Shown here: positions 1-10,107 of the stretch, piece after piece
Layout of the letters: each line of letters opens with the position of its first letter
Numbering within the stretch: the stretch's first letter is position 1
Assembly: GCA_965248575.1 (NCBI GenBank)
Contig: CBDFJQ010000002.1
Coordinates: 544,001 to 608,000 of the forward strand
Length of the DNA stretch: 64,000 nt
Direction of reading: 5' to 3'
From: Planctomycetota bacterium
GTDB lineage: Bacteria; Planctomycetota; B15-G4
The notes under the pieces: generated by a model
Databases searched by the model: none
Told to the model about the DNA's origin: nothing
What the model saw: only the letters and a program-made list of their open reading frames with translations
Made by a program: the position numbers and the translations under genes

Positions 1-447
1 CGCCCGTTCGAACAGCAGGTTCAAGAACTCCAGGGCCCGCGGGCTGAAGATGGCTTGGCGCACCCGCTCATCGAAGGCATGCAGGTCGAGCAGCTTGGCC
101 ATCAGGGCCCGGTGCTCGGGTTGCACCGGTTCGATGAGCTGGTTGCCGTCCTTCCAGTACTCCACGTGGGCGCGCGGGTGGACACCGCTCCAGGTGGACT
201 CCAAGGCAGCCTCCACGGCCTCGATCTGAGCAGGCTCGACGGCTCCTTCCAGCACGACGAAGCCATCTCTCATCCAATCCTGGAACAGGGCGGCCTGCCG
301 ATCGTCCATCTGCGCCCGAGCCAGGCGCTCGTCCAGGAGCTGCTCCGCGTCGACACGATCAGGCCAGAGGCCGCCGTGCAGGCTGCGATGGATGGGCCCC
401 GACTGGTCGGAATGGCGCTTGAGGGGCTCTGGTGGTGGGCTGGGCAC
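1..447 (-). CDS. Phytanoyl-CoA dioxygenase (PhyH)-like protein, partial (3' end runs off the window start)
   Basis: Hand-translated; not in the ORF track. Open minus frame from GTG at 447 to base 1: VPSPPPEPL...HGGLWPDRVDAEQLL...FQDWMRDGFVVLEGAVEPAQIEAV...FSPRALEFLNLLFERA. W-x-RDGFVVL is typical of PhyH N-termini; the HxD motif would lie outside the window. Confidence 0.65.
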   Translation of the reverse strand, partial: MPSPPPEPLKRHSDQSGPIHRSLHGGLWPDRVDAEQLLDERLARAQMDDRQAALFQDWMRDGFVVLEGAVEPAQIEAVEAALESTWSGVHPRAHVEYWKDGNQLIEPVQPEHRALMAKLLDLHAFDERVRQAIFSPRALEFLNLLFERA

Positions 448-534
448 GGGGACAGACTACGAAATCGGGGCATTGCTTCTGAGGGTCGCCTGCTATCCTT
501 CTGGGCCATCCCCCGGGCTGCAAAGACCCCCTTT

Positions 535-2472
535 ATGTCCCTCTTCGACTCCATACGTGGTCCCCAGGACCTGCGCCGGCTCTCGTCGGACGAACTCATC
601 GAGCTCGCGCAGGAAATGCGGGCCGAGATGATTGAGACCATCACTCGCACCGGGGGCCATCTGGGCTCCGGTCTGGGCGTGCTTGAGATGACGCTGGCGC
701 TGCATCGGCTCTACGATTTCTCGAAAGACCGGCTGGTCTTCGATGTGGGGCACCAGTGCTATCCGCACAAGATGCTGACGGGGCGGCGGGAGCGCATGAA
801 CACGATGCGCATGGATGACGGGCTGTGTGGTTTTCCGCACCCTAACGAGAGCGAATTCGATCAGTTCCACACGGGGCATGCGGGGACGTCCATTTCACTC
901 GCGCTCGGTCTGGCCGCTGCGGACAAGGCCGCCGGCAACGGGCGGCGCACGGTAGCCGTGGTGGGGGATGCCAGCTACGGCGCCGGCGTCGCCTTCGAGG
1001 CCATGAATGCGGCCTCGGAGCTGGACGTCGATCTGGTGGTGATCCTCAACGACAACGAGATGTCCATCAGCCCGACGGTCGGTGCCATGTCGCGCTACTT
1101 CACGCGGATGCGCATGGGCCCGCTCTACACCGGCGCCAAGAAGGAAGTGCACGAGCTGATCAAGCACATCCCGTTTATCGGCGAGAAGGTGGACAAGTCC
1201 CTGCAGGACAGCTTGAACGTCGTGCGTTCGGTGCTGACGCCGGGCCATGTGTTCGAGGAGTTCGGCTTTGAGTACTTCGGGCCGATGGACGGCCACGACA
1301 TTCCGCGCCTGCTGCACACGATCGAGGATCTGCAAGAGCGAGGCGGCCTGAACCTGCTGCATCTGCTGACGGACAAGGGGTCCGGACATGCCGACCGCGA
1401 GCAGGACCCGCAGCGCTTGCACGGTGTGAAGCCCGAGCCTGCACCGATCGCCGTGAAGCCCAAGCACAGTGATGGGGAGGCGGATCCGCCGGCGGGGGCT
1501 CCCAAGCCCAAGCGCCCGGCCTACACGAACGTCTTCGCCAACAAGCTGGTGCAATTGGCCAAGTCCGACCCGAGTCTGGTGGGTGTCACAGCCGCCATGC
1601 CGGATGGCACGGGTCTGGTGAAGCTGGCGGCGGAGTTGCCGGATCGCTGCCACGATGTGGGCATCTGCGAGCAACACGCCCTGGGCTTGGCGGGTGGGCT
1701 GGCCAAGGGCGGCATGCGCCCTGTCGTGGCGATCTACTCGACCTTCCTGCAGCGCGGATACGACCAGGTGTTCCAGGAGCTGGCCATCCAGAACGCGAGC
1801 AGCGTGCTGGCCATGGACCGCGCCGGGCTCGTAGACGACGGTTGCACCCACCATGGCCTGTTCGACATCGCCTACCTGCGGACGTTGCCCAACACCGTTT
1901 TGATGGCACCTGCCTGTGCGGAGGAGTTGGAGGCGATGTTAGCCTTCGCTATCGAGCAACCGGGCGTCGTGGGCGTGCGTTATCCCAGGGACTCGGCTCC
2001 TGAGGCGCGCGAGCCCGTCGCCGAGACCGTGCCTGTGATCGAGTTGGGCAAGGCCGTCACCCTGCGCGAGGGCGGTGACATCCTGCTCTGCGCCTACGGA
2101 ACCATGGTGCCTCTGGCTGAGGCCGCTGCAGATCTGTTGGCGGAACAGGGCGTGGAGGCGACGGTTCTCAATGCACGTTTTGCCAAGCCCATCGACGTCC
2201 AGGCCGTGGGCAGCGCTGCCGAGCAGACCCGGCTGCTGGTCACGATGGAGGAACATTCCTTGGCTGGCGGATTCGGCTCCGCGGTGCTTGAGGCCCTGAG
2301 CCTCGCCGGGCGCCCGCTTCCGCCGACGCTGATGATCGGGGTGCCGGACGAATTCGTAGAGCACGGCACCCGGGCGCGGCTGCTCGAGAAGCTGGGCTTC
2401 ACACCCTTTGCCTTGGCCCAGCGGATCCTCAAGGCCGTTGGCAGCCCCTCCCTTGTGGATGCCGAGCTCTAA
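535..2472 (+). CDS. dxs: 1-deoxy-D-xylulose-5-phosphate synthase
   Basis: GGHLGSGLG, DVGHQCYPHK, GHAGTSIS, ThDP motif GDAS...NDNEMSIS, DVGICEQHA, IYSTFLQRGYDQ. Start moved to ATG 535 (MSLFDSI) because the upstream part of the ORF is antisense to the PhyH gene. Confidence 0.96.
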   Translation: MSLFDSIRGPQDLRRLSSDELIELAQEMRAEMIETITRTGGHLGSGLGVLEMTLALHRLYDFSKDRLVFDVGHQCYPHKMLTGRRERMNTMRMDDGLCGFPHPNESEFDQFHTGHAGTSISLALGLAAADKAAGNGRRTVAVVGDASYGAGVAFEAMNAASELDVDLVVILNDNEMSISPTVGAMSRYFTRMRMGPLYTGAKKEVHELIKHIPFIGEKVDKSLQDSLNVVRSVLTPGHVFEEFGFEYFGPMDGHDIPRLLHTIEDLQERGGLNLLHLLTDKGSGHADREQDPQRLHGVKPEPAPIAVKPKHSDGEADPPAGAPKPKRPAYTNVFANKLVQLAKSDPSLVGVTAAMPDGTGLVKLAAELPDRCHDVGICEQHALGLAGGLAKGGMRPVVAIYSTFLQRGYDQVFQELAIQNASSVLAMDRAGLVDDGCTHHGLFDIAYLRTLPNTVLMAPACAEELEAMLAFAIEQPGVVGVRYPRDSAPEAREPVAETVPVIELGKAVTLREGGDILLCAYGTMVPLAEAAADLLAEQGVEATVLNARFAKPIDVQAVGSAAEQTRLLVTMEEHSLAGGFGSAVLEALSLAGRPLPPTLMIGVPDEFVEHGTRARLLEKLGFTPFALAQRILKAVGSPSLVDAEL

Positions 2473-2657
2473 CAGGCGGTGCGGGCTCTCGCGCTTGCAG
2501 GGGCCAGCTGGGGGCATCCGTCTAGGACGTCGAGCCGGGAGTCGGGAGGGGGCGTCACGTAGGCCGAGCCGGCCGGTATACTCGGTGGCTTGTCAGGTCG
2601 TCTGGAAGCTGGCCGTCCCGACCTGATACCCGTTCCCCGAAGATGCGCCCCAAAAGC

Positions 2658-5600
2658 ATGAGAAACCTTCTCGTCGTGTGCCTTCTGGTCTTGGGCTTCC
2701 TGGCAGAGCAGTCTGCGGGACAGGTTCCAGGCGATTACGCACATCTCATCCTGACGAACGCGGCAGGTGACACTGCCCCAGCTCCCAGCGGCCCCTTTGA
2801 CAACAGCGGGCTGCTGCTGGCCCCCGCAGGGTCGGTGATCGATGTGAGCATCAGCTATGAGGCTTTTGCGCAGGCCAACCCGAACGTGCTCTGGGGGTTG
2901 CTGGTCTCGGCGCAGGAGACGGGGTTCCCCACGAACATCACGCCGCCACCGCTGTTCACGCAGCCGCCTTTCAATCTGCGGGTCGGACCGACGCTCGACA
3001 TGGGCGGGGACGCCTCCTTTGCCGTGGCGGTGCCCGCTGGCTTGCTGGGTGTCACGGCCTACGTCCAGGCCATCACGTTCGATGCCACCTCGATTCCCAA
3101 CCTGCAGTTGAGCAACGGCTTGACGCTGCAGACCACGCCTCCGCGCTTCCAGGTCGCCTTCAGTTTCGCCCGATTCTCCGCCGGCCTGAACCCGTTCGGT
3201 CTGGAGGGGGTCGGTATGCGTGACCTAGACGGCGACACCCTGAACACCCTGGCTCCCTTGGGGGTCGGCGTTGCGCCCAATACTGCCACCACGGACATCG
3301 GCATCGCGCCCGGCTTCCGCTTCTTGCCGATCTTGCCCAATGTGCCGGATGCGCCGGTCAACCCCATGGCTCGTCCCGTGACCCGCCTGGCAGAGGACCT
3401 CTCGGCCCTGACGAGCATCAACGCGATCCTCGTAGACGACGCGTCCTTCTTCCCGCCCCGGGGGGAGATCCTGATTCAGCAGGCGGGCGAGAACCCGTTC
3501 GGCAACAAGACCAGCAACAAGACCAATCTGCCGAACATGGAGCGAGCGACCTACACGGGGAGGGAAATCGACTCCATCACAGGCAAGCACAAGTTGACGG
3601 GCGTGCGTCGTGTCCTGCCAGGCTCAACGGGCTCGACGGTTTTCCCACACCTCACGGGGGAGTTCGTCTTTGGTCGCTACACCTTTGCGACTTCGGCGGG
3701 GGCTCGTCTGCGAACGCGTGTGGGCTTGGACGCAACGAATGAGGAAACGCCGCACGTCGTTATTCCAGCTTTCACGGCTGACCTTGGCGAGGGCGTCGTG
3801 ACTCGCGATCAGGACCTCTACCTGTTTGAAGAGGTGGATGCCGAGCGGCAAGGGTTCGCTGTCCTGGATCGGGTGAGCCACACCTGGCACGTGATCGAGG
3901 ATTCGGTCATCGATGTGACCTCCACGCGCTTCTGGGACCCGATGGTCTCCATCGCGCCCGACGGACGGTCCATGATTGCGCACCAGCGGGTGAGCGGCGG
4001 GCCGTTGTCCTGGGACTCGATGCCGGACGAGCTGTATGCCATCCGGCTCGACGGCCTCGATTGGCCCGCCAGCATGTCCGAGGTTTGGCAGGTGACCTAT
4101 GCGTTGCTCCCGGAGCCGGACGGCAACTCCATCACCGCCGAATCCCGCGAGGTCTACATGCCGTCCGTCGCCATCGTGGGTACGGACGACGACAACTACG
4201 TGGCGTACGTCGGCCTCAAGAACAAGTGGCGGCTGTCGTCGACGGGCAACCTGCTCGTCGCCCACGAGGGCTGGGAAGGCTCGTGGTTGCGTGAAGAGGT
4301 CATCGTTCGGGACTACATCGAGGTTCCGTTGGTGGGGCCCGGTTCCACGAAGACCATCCCCAGCATGCCGCGGCCCCACATCACGACTGATTTTGGAGAG
4401 ACGGGCTTCGGCAATCCCATCATCCGCTTCGACCCGACGCCCTTCGTGGATCCGAACGGCGGCCGCATGTTCCTGACTGCAGGCGCCGAGGAAGAAGAGG
4501 AGGATGTCTACGTCATCCGGAACATCGAAATCGCCATGGATGGGACGGTCAATCGGGTCATCCAGAACATCTCGGGCATCGGTGCCGTAGGTGGCACGGG
4601 CGAAAGCAAGCCTGAGTCGATCAAGGCCTTCGACCTGGGCGGTCACGGGTTCGGGAAGCGAGCGGCCCTCTCTCCCGACGGAACCCTGTTCGCTTGGATC
4701 CGGGAGGAATCGGCGACCGCCGACTTCGTCATGATCGGGGCCTCCAACGGTTCGGAATTCGCGATGATCTCAGACGTCTACAAGACAGGCTCGGGGACGT
4801 CGTTCCAGGAGGCAGGCGAGTACAAGTCCGACCACGCGCTGAACAGCTTGTACTTCGCTGACGACGACAACATCGTGTTCCTGATGGGCGACAGCCCACA
4901 CTCGGATGAGCTGGGACTCAGCGCTGCCAACACGCCCCGTTTTGACCTGTTCCGGTACACGATCTCCACGGACACGATGGTGAATCTGACGTTCACCAGC
5001 GAGAGCCCCAACGATTTTGACCTGCTGGGCAAGATCCGTCCGGGGGGGAGCTTCAAGTCGGAGGACGGTCGCTTCCTCTATCTGCTTCGCGATGGGCCGA
5101 TCAGCCAGGGGAACACCTCGCTCCCCGTGGACACGGATGTCTTCAACCTGATCGGCGTGAACCTGCAGACCTTCCAGGTGTTCGACGTCACGGGCGACGA
5201 GTTTGGTGGCGGCGCCGGTTTGCCCAATGTCGAACTCCCCGGCGAAGAGTGCATCACGCCGTTGGAGAGCGCCGCGGTGATGCAGTTCATCGAGGGCTCA
5301 GGCGGCCAGGCTGGGATGAGGTACTTCACTGGGCACGTGGTCGGCGATCTCGCCCTCACGGACGAACTCTACGGAGTGGATGCGAACAATCCCTTCGTGA
5401 AACTGGAGCTCACCTCCTCGTCTCCGGCGGGCAGCCACATCACGAACATCGCCTCCAACCCCTACTCGGGTTCGGTGCTGTTCGTGCGCACGAACGACGC
5501 GGATCCCTACGCCTCGACTCAGCATCCCTTCGCTGTGGATCTCGACAACTTCTTGTTCCTGCGAGATCTCACACCCAGCTTCCAGGTGGCGGGCCAACCC

Positions 5601-5867
5601 ATCGGACGCATCGTCGATGGCAGCATCCACTTCATCCCGCCGACGGCGACTGCGGGGGATGCAGCCATCTTCTCCGCCGGTTCCAAGGTCCTCTCGGACT
5701 CGCTCGGCGTGGCCACGGATGTTTCCACTGTCTACGCGCCGCTCGCCAACATCTCCAATCCCCTGGTCGAGCCCGTGCCCTTGTTGATCCCGATCCTGAG
5801 CACGTTCGGCTTGGGCGTCGGCAACCGTATCTACCTGCTGAGCGCGGGTTCTTCGGCGAACCCTTGA
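2658..5867 (+). CDS. Large exported protein: signal peptide, shared ~105-aa beta domain, phage-tail-like domain, probable beta-propeller
   Basis: Signal peptide MRNLLVVCLLVLGFLAEQSAG; TolB/PD40-like turns SIAPDGRSM, DPNGGRMF, LSPDGTLFAW, SEDGRFLY. Alternative start at 2643. Confidence 0.75.
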   Translation: MRNLLVVCLLVLGFLAEQSAGQVPGDYAHLILTNAAGDTAPAPSGPFDNSGLLLAPAGSVIDVSISYEAFAQANPNVLWGLLVSAQETGFPTNITPPPLFTQPPFNLRVGPTLDMGGDASFAVAVPAGLLGVTAYVQAITFDATSIPNLQLSNGLTLQTTPPRFQVAFSFARFSAGLNPFGLEGVGMRDLDGDTLNTLAPLGVGVAPNTATTDIGIAPGFRFLPILPNVPDAPVNPMARPVTRLAEDLSALTSINAILVDDASFFPPRGEILIQQAGENPFGNKTSNKTNLPNMERATYTGREIDSITGKHKLTGVRRVLPGSTGSTVFPHLTGEFVFGRYTFATSAGARLRTRVGLDATNEETPHVVIPAFTADLGEGVVTRDQDLYLFEEVDAERQGFAVLDRVSHTWHVIEDSVIDVTSTRFWDPMVSIAPDGRSMIAHQRVSGGPLSWDSMPDELYAIRLDGLDWPASMSEVWQVTYALLPEPDGNSITAESREVYMPSVAIVGTDDDNYVAYVGLKNKWRLSSTGNLLVAHEGWEGSWLREEVIVRDYIEVPLVGPGSTKTIPSMPRPHITTDFGETGFGNPIIRFDPTPFVDPNGGRMFLTAGAEEEEEDVYVIRNIEIAMDGTVNRVIQNISGIGAVGGTGESKPESIKAFDLGGHGFGKRAALSPDGTLFAWIREESATADFVMIGASNGSEFAMISDVYKTGSGTSFQEAGEYKSDHALNSLYFADDDNIVFLMGDSPHSDELGLSAANTPRFDLFRYTISTDTMVNLTFTSESPNDFDLLGKIRPGGSFKSEDGRFLYLLRDGPISQGNTSLPVDTDVFNLIGVNLQTFQVFDVTGDEFGGGAGLPNVELPGEECITPLESAAVMQFIEGSGGQAGMRYFTGHVVGDLALTDELYGVDANNPFVKLELTSSSPAGSHITNIASNPYSGSVLFVRTNDADPYASTQHPFAVDLDNFLFLRDLTPSFQVAGQPIGRIVDGSIHFIPPTATAGDAAIFSAGSKVLSDSLGVATDVSTVYAPLANISNPLVEPVPLLIPILSTFGLGVGNRIYLLSAGSSANP

Positions 5868-5868
5868 G

Positions 5869-6675
5869 TTGACCGAGGCGTCCTCCCAGGTAGGCATGTC
5901 GGCGCTGGACCCGTCGGATGTGAGCCGTGGCGATGTGTTGCTCATTGCCCCTCACCCAGACGATGAAGCCCTCGGTTGTGGGGGAACCGTCAGGTTGCTC
6001 ACGGCTGCAGGAGTGCGGGTGGTCGTCGTGGTCATGGCTCGAGGTGACGGGGGAGTCGATGGACAGACCTCGGCTCAAGGGCGCCAAGATGAGTCCAGGC
6101 GGGCCTGTGAGGCCCTCGGAGCGGAGCCACCACTCTTTGCAGAGCTGCCTTCGCCGGAATTGCGGGCCTCCCCTCAGGCAGCAGCCCAGAAGCTCGCGAG
6201 TCTGCTGGAAGGGCAGTGCTTTGCAGCTGTGTTGGTTCCGGGCCCCATGGAGCGCCACGACACCCATCGGGCGAGCTTGCTGGCGGCACTGCTGGCTCCC
6301 ATCGCCGAGGCGGGCGCTGCCTGGTATGGCTACGGAGTCTGGGATGCCCTTCCGGCGGTGGCCGATGTGGTGGAGGTCGACATCACCGCCGCTCGAGTCG
6401 CCAAGACCAGGGCCGTGACGGCGCACGAGAGCCAGGTCGGCGCCCGGCCCCTAGCTGCAGGCGTGATGTCCCGAGACCTCTCCCAAGCGGTCTACTCACG
6501 CATCACAGGCGATGAGACCCGCAAGGCCGTGGAGCGGCTCCTGCGCCTTGATGGGCTGCTGAAGCGTCTCCCACCTGAGGCAGGCGAGCGGGATCAGGAG
6601 AGCGTCACGCGCGAGGTGGTCGCCTGGCTCGACGAGCGGCAGGCCGTCTGGACCCGCAGTCTCTGGCTGGACTGA
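5869..6675 (+). CDS. PIG-L/LmbE family N-acetylglucosaminyl deacetylase
   Basis: LLIAPHPDDEALGCGG, R-x-x-E-x-x-x-A, HDTH, AHESQ; begins 2 nt after the upstream stop. Confidence 0.88.
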   Translation: MTEASSQVGMSALDPSDVSRGDVLLIAPHPDDEALGCGGTVRLLTAAGVRVVVVVMARGDGGVDGQTSAQGRQDESRRACEALGAEPPLFAELPSPELRASPQAAAQKLASLLEGQCFAAVLVPGPMERHDTHRASLLAALLAPIAEAGAAWYGYGVWDALPAVADVVEVDITAARVAKTRAVTAHESQVGARPLAAGVMSRDLSQAVYSRITGDETRKAVERLLRLDGLLKRLPPEAGERDQESVTREVVAWLDERQAVWTRSLWLD

Positions 6676-6716
6676 TCCGGTCGTCCAAGCGCCCCGGCCG
6701 GTCCAGCTAACTCAGG

Positions 6717-7607
6717 CTAGGTGGGCTCGGAATCGCCCTTGCCACGCATGGTGACGGCGAGGACCAAGGCAATCAGCACCGCCAGCAGGATCGGTGGCGA
6801 GAGGACCGACAAGCCGAAGAGCGAGTAGTCCGGCGTGTTGAATCCACCCAGGGTGTCGACCCGCTCGATGAGCAGGGCATAACGCCCCAGCACCGTGAAG
6901 CCGAACATGCTGCCGAAGGTGATCATCAGCACCACGATGCCGACCCGGGACATGCCGCCGAGGATGGGCGTGCGCTTGTAGGTGAAGATGAAGTGGGACA
7001 GGGCGCAGATCAGGCCCACCACCAGCACCGTGTTGGCAAAGGTGTAGAAGACCTGGGTCTGCTCGATGAACTCCCAGTTGTCGCCCCAGGCCGCCTTGGT
7101 GGGGTCCGTGAGGGGCTTCATGGCGCCTGACACCTGCTGCACGAGCTTGCTCTGCGTCTCGCCCGTGAGCTTCAGCGCGGCATAGACGCCCACCATGATG
7201 GCTAGCGGCCAGCGCGGCGCCCAACTGTTGGGGAACACCATGCGCGAGAGCAGGAACAGGCTGAACAGCACGGCCACGCTGCGAAAGATGATGGCCAGGG
7301 TCGGGTCGACCCCATGCCCACCGAGCATCATGAGCTCACCTGCCGGGAGTTCCATGGCGTGCTTGATGTGATCGCGGAGCGGTTCGAGGATGCCCTCGTT
7401 GTAGTACTGCAAGGCGAAGAATGCCGTGCCAGCGCCCACGAAGGTGTGTTCTGCCACCTTGTAGAAGGGGTTGTCCTTGTACAGGAAGCTGAACACGGAG
7501 AGCGTGAAGAAGCAGATCAGCCAGCCACCCAGGATGTCCATCTCGCCGTTCATGGAGAAGAACATCGGCGCGGCGGCGTCTTGCACGGCAAGCACGGGGT
7601 TGATCAC
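6717..7607 (-). CDS. Conserved hypothetical polytopic membrane protein (GlmL-like operon)
   Basis: About 7 hydrophobic segments; SFLYKDNPFYKVAEHxFVG and MITFGSMFGFTVLGR; overlaps the upstream gene by 4 nt. Confidence 0.85.
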   Translation of the reverse strand: MINPVLAVQDAAAPMFFSMNGEMDILGGWLICFFTLSVFSFLYKDNPFYKVAEHTFVGAGTAFFALQYYNEGILEPLRDHIKHAMELPAGELMMLGGHGVDPTLAIIFRSVAVLFSLFLLSRMVFPNSWAPRWPLAIMVGVYAALKLTGETQSKLVQQVSGAMKPLTDPTKAAWGDNWEFIEQTQVFYTFANTVLVVGLICALSHFIFTYKRTPILGGMSRVGIVVLMITFGSMFGFTVLGRYALLIERVDTLGGFNTPDYSLFGLSVLSPPILLAVLIALVLAVTMRGKGDSEPT

Positions 7608-8461
7608 GCGGTCGCCTCCCTGCGGCCCAGGAAGTAGAGCAGGTTGCCGTAGAAGATCAGGCCGATGATCAGCAGGTGGGCCCAGGTCTGGATCAACATG
7701 CGCTTCTGATTGGTGGACGTGGTTTCGGCCAACTCAGGCACGGTCGCTCCCACCAGCTGCAGATACATGGTGGCGCCCGTCGCAGCACCCAGGAAGCCAT
7801 TCAGCTGCGAGGGGTAGTACGCGAACAGGTCAGGCGTCTGCACAGCCGTGGTGCCCGCCAGGATCGGGATCTGGTAGCGGCCGCCAGCCTGGGCGATCCA
7901 CTCCAGGATGCCCGGGTAGCCGGCGCTCATGGTGATCAAGAGGCTGATGCCCTGGAAGCTGTCGCTCACATCCTCGAGCAGGGGCAGCTCGCTGAGGGGC
8001 GTGCCGTCACGATCATCCTCGATGTAGGCGGACGTGACCGACTGCCCGATCTGTCCCATGGCCACGTCGTCGCCCGGCTTGAACCCGAGCTCAACCCAGT
8101 CGATGCCGTAGACCTTGCCGTAGACCGGGGCCGTGACTTCGAATTCCTTGCGCGTGTAGGGCGGTGCTGCCGGCCAGGTGGAGACATTGACCACCCGGAT
8201 GTTGCGCTTGAGCAGGTGATGGATGGTGGCCTGGTACATGGGCAGCAGTTCGGCCGCACTGGCGGGGTCGAAGTCTGCCGAGAGCATCACGATGCTGCCC
8301 TCTTCCAGGGACTCGATCGTGTCGTAGTAGCTCTGCACGTACTGGTTGATGGGCATCTTGGAGGCGAGGCCCAGTGCGTAGAGCACCACCACGAGGATGC
8401 TGATGACGAGGAAAATCCAGCGCCGATCCAGATCGAGAGCTTTGTCGAGTCGTTGGGCCAT
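7604..8461 (-). CDS. Conserved hypothetical membrane protein, TM-soluble alpha/beta domain-TM (GlmL-like operon)
   Basis: DRRWIF followed by a TM helix; DFDPASAAELLP, YGIDWVELGFKPG; C-terminal TM HLLIIGLIFYGN. Confidence 0.85.
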   Translation of the reverse strand: MAQRLDKALDLDRRWIFLVISILVVVLYALGLASKMPINQYVQSYYDTIESLEEGSIVMLSADFDPASAAELLPMYQATIHHLLKRNIRVVNVSTWPAAPPYTRKEFEVTAPVYGKVYGIDWVELGFKPGDDVAMGQIGQSVTSAYIEDDRDGTPLSELPLLEDVSDSFQGISLLITMSAGYPGILEWIAQAGGRYQIPILAGTTAVQTPDLFAYYPSQLNGFLGAATGATMYLQLVGATVPELAETTSTNQKRMLIQTWAHLLIIGLIFYGNLLYFLGRREATA

Positions 8462-8463
8462 GG

Positions 8464-9120
8464 TTATTCGCTGAGGTAGCTACGCTCGATTCCGAGGATG
8501 ATGCGCAGGCCGGTGGCCAAGGTGCCGAGGGCGGCACCCATGATGATGGCCTTCTGCCCAGCGCCGTTGACGTAGACCATCAAGAAGGCTTGCAGCCGCA
8601 CGGAGGTTTCACCGATCCACTCGTTGAACGGGAAGAACTCGGGGATAGGCACCTGGCCGATCATGACCAGCGCGCCTGCCGTGAGCAGCAGGGTGGCCTC
8701 CAGCGACCGGGCGCGAAAGGCACGGAAGGCGGCGGAGGCGATGTAGAACGCCAACAGGCTGAACATGGTGGCCTGGAGCGGCATGAAGATGCGCTCGTAG
8801 ATCCAGTCGCGGCGGAACTGCTCCCCTTCGGCAATGCCGAAGAAGCCATGGATCTCGGAGATACCGATGGCCAGGTAGCCGAAGAGCACGACCAGCAGCA
8901 AGGCCTTGTAGGGCCAGTCCTCGTGACGCGAGCTGATCTGTTTCAGGCTGATGCGCACCAGATTGCTGATGCCGAGCAAGAAGGCCACACTGAAGAACAC
9001 CGTGCCCCAGGCGAGCAGCTCATCGTTGACGGCTCGGGAGACCGGCGCCGGGGAGAAGAACGACCACGTGATCGCCAGCCCGCACAGGATGACCAGAAGA
9101 ATGGGGATCTCGCGCTTCAC
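8464..9120 (-). CDS. Conserved hypothetical polytopic membrane protein (GlmL-like operon)
   Basis: MKREIP start; about 6 TM helices; PLQATMFSLLAFYIASAAFRAFR and LRIILGIERSYL. Confidence 0.85.
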   Translation of the reverse strand: MKREIPILLVILCGLAITWSFFSPAPVSRAVNDELLAWGTVFFSVAFLLGISNLVRISLKQISSRHEDWPYKALLLVVLFGYLAIGISEIHGFFGIAEGEQFRRDWIYERIFMPLQATMFSLLAFYIASAAFRAFRARSLEATLLLTAGALVMIGQVPIPEFFPFNEWIGETSVRLQAFLMVYVNGAGQKAIIMGAALGTLATGLRIILGIERSYLSE

Positions 9121-9132
9121 GTCTGCGTTCGC

Positions 9133-10107
9133 CTAGTTGTTCTGGGGCTGGAAGAGGTGCAGGAAGTCGTGGAACAGCGTGTCGGTTGCACCCGCGAAGA
9201 TTTCCGCCGAGAAGTAAGTGGCCAAGGAGACACCGATCACGAGGCACAGGATGGCCAACATCTTGGTGAAGTCCGCCGCGCGAATGGTACCCAGCAGCCC
9301 TGGCTCACGGGTCAGGTAGGCCGTCACCGCGAAGTACTCCTCGCCGATGATCGTGTAGTCACAGGCCGCCACGAAGAAGGGCAGCTGGTGCTGCTTGGCC
9401 GTGCCAGCCACCTGGATGGCTCCTGTGGAGAAGCCCGTCTCCGCGAGGATCAACGACTCGGCGAAGAACATGCCCAGCATGATGTTCGCGGCAGGCTTCT
9501 CGCGGTTCATGATGCCGGCCACGCCCGCGCAGTAGGCGAACTGCTCGTTGGACAGATAGCGCACGTTGTCGGCGATGAAGGCGTCGGGGCGGCCCGCGTC
9601 GAGGCAGCCCTGCTTCACGGCTTCCTCGGCGAAGGTCATGACCACCGAGTCCTTCACGGGCACGATCAGCGGTGTGCCGTACTCGGCCGTCTTCTTGGCC
9701 ACGTGCCGCAGGATCATCATCGAGTAGATCGTCTGGATCTCTTTGATCTCGTCGATGCCGGGCACATAGAGCACTGGGCGGCCCATTTCGGTGGAGCGCC
9801 CGATGGCCTCGTCCAGGGCATCCAGGCCCGCGATGCGCCGGATGGGGATGTCCTTGCCGCTCTTGGCCTGGGCTTGGGCCACGAACATGACGACGCCGAA
9901 GAAGAGCACGGCCACGAGGGTCGAGATCTTTTCGTCTTCAACGACGAATGCGCCAGCCCAGCCGTTTTCCGGCCCTGAAGCAGGGGCCGCATCCTGGATG
10001 GCCAGCGTCAGGGCGCCCAGCTTTGCCGAACCAGCCCACCAGGCAGTGCCAAGCGCGGCGCCAGCTACGTCGAACAGCGGAGCGAGGGCGACGGAAAGGG
10101 CCATCAA
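9133..10107 (-). CDS. DUF6754-like domain membrane protein (GlmL-like operon)
   Basis: IRRIAGLDALDEAIGRSTEMGRPV, GMFFAESLILAETG, QLPFFVAACDYTIIGEEYFA, recognised from memory as the DUF6754 signature. Confidence 0.8.
   Translation of the reverse strand: MMALSVALAPLFDVAGAALGTAWWAGSAKLGALTLAIQDAAPASGPENGWAGAFVVEDEKISTLVAVLFFGVVMFVAQAQAKSGKDIPIRRIAGLDALDEAIGRSTEMGRPVLYVPGIDEIKEIQTIYSMMILRHVAKKTAEYGTPLIVPVKDSVVMTFAEEAVKQGCLDAGRPDAFIADNVRYLSNEQFAYCAGVAGIMNREKPAANIMLGMFFAESLILAETGFSTGAIQVAGTAKQHQLPFFVAACDYTIIGEEYFAVTAYLTREPGLLGTIRAADFTKMLAILCLVIGVSLATYFSAEIFAGATDTLFHDFLHLFQPQNN

Noticed and set aside
55..534. 160-aa N-terminal extension of DXS in the ORF track
   Set aside because: It is the antisense read of the minus-strand PhyH-like gene; DXS homology starts at ATG 535.
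2593..2626. 8-bp inverted repeat (TCAGGTCG...CGACCTGA) downstream of a TATACT box, upstream of the large secreted gene
   Set aside because: A short stem is expected by chance at this GC content; no riboswitch consensus recognised.
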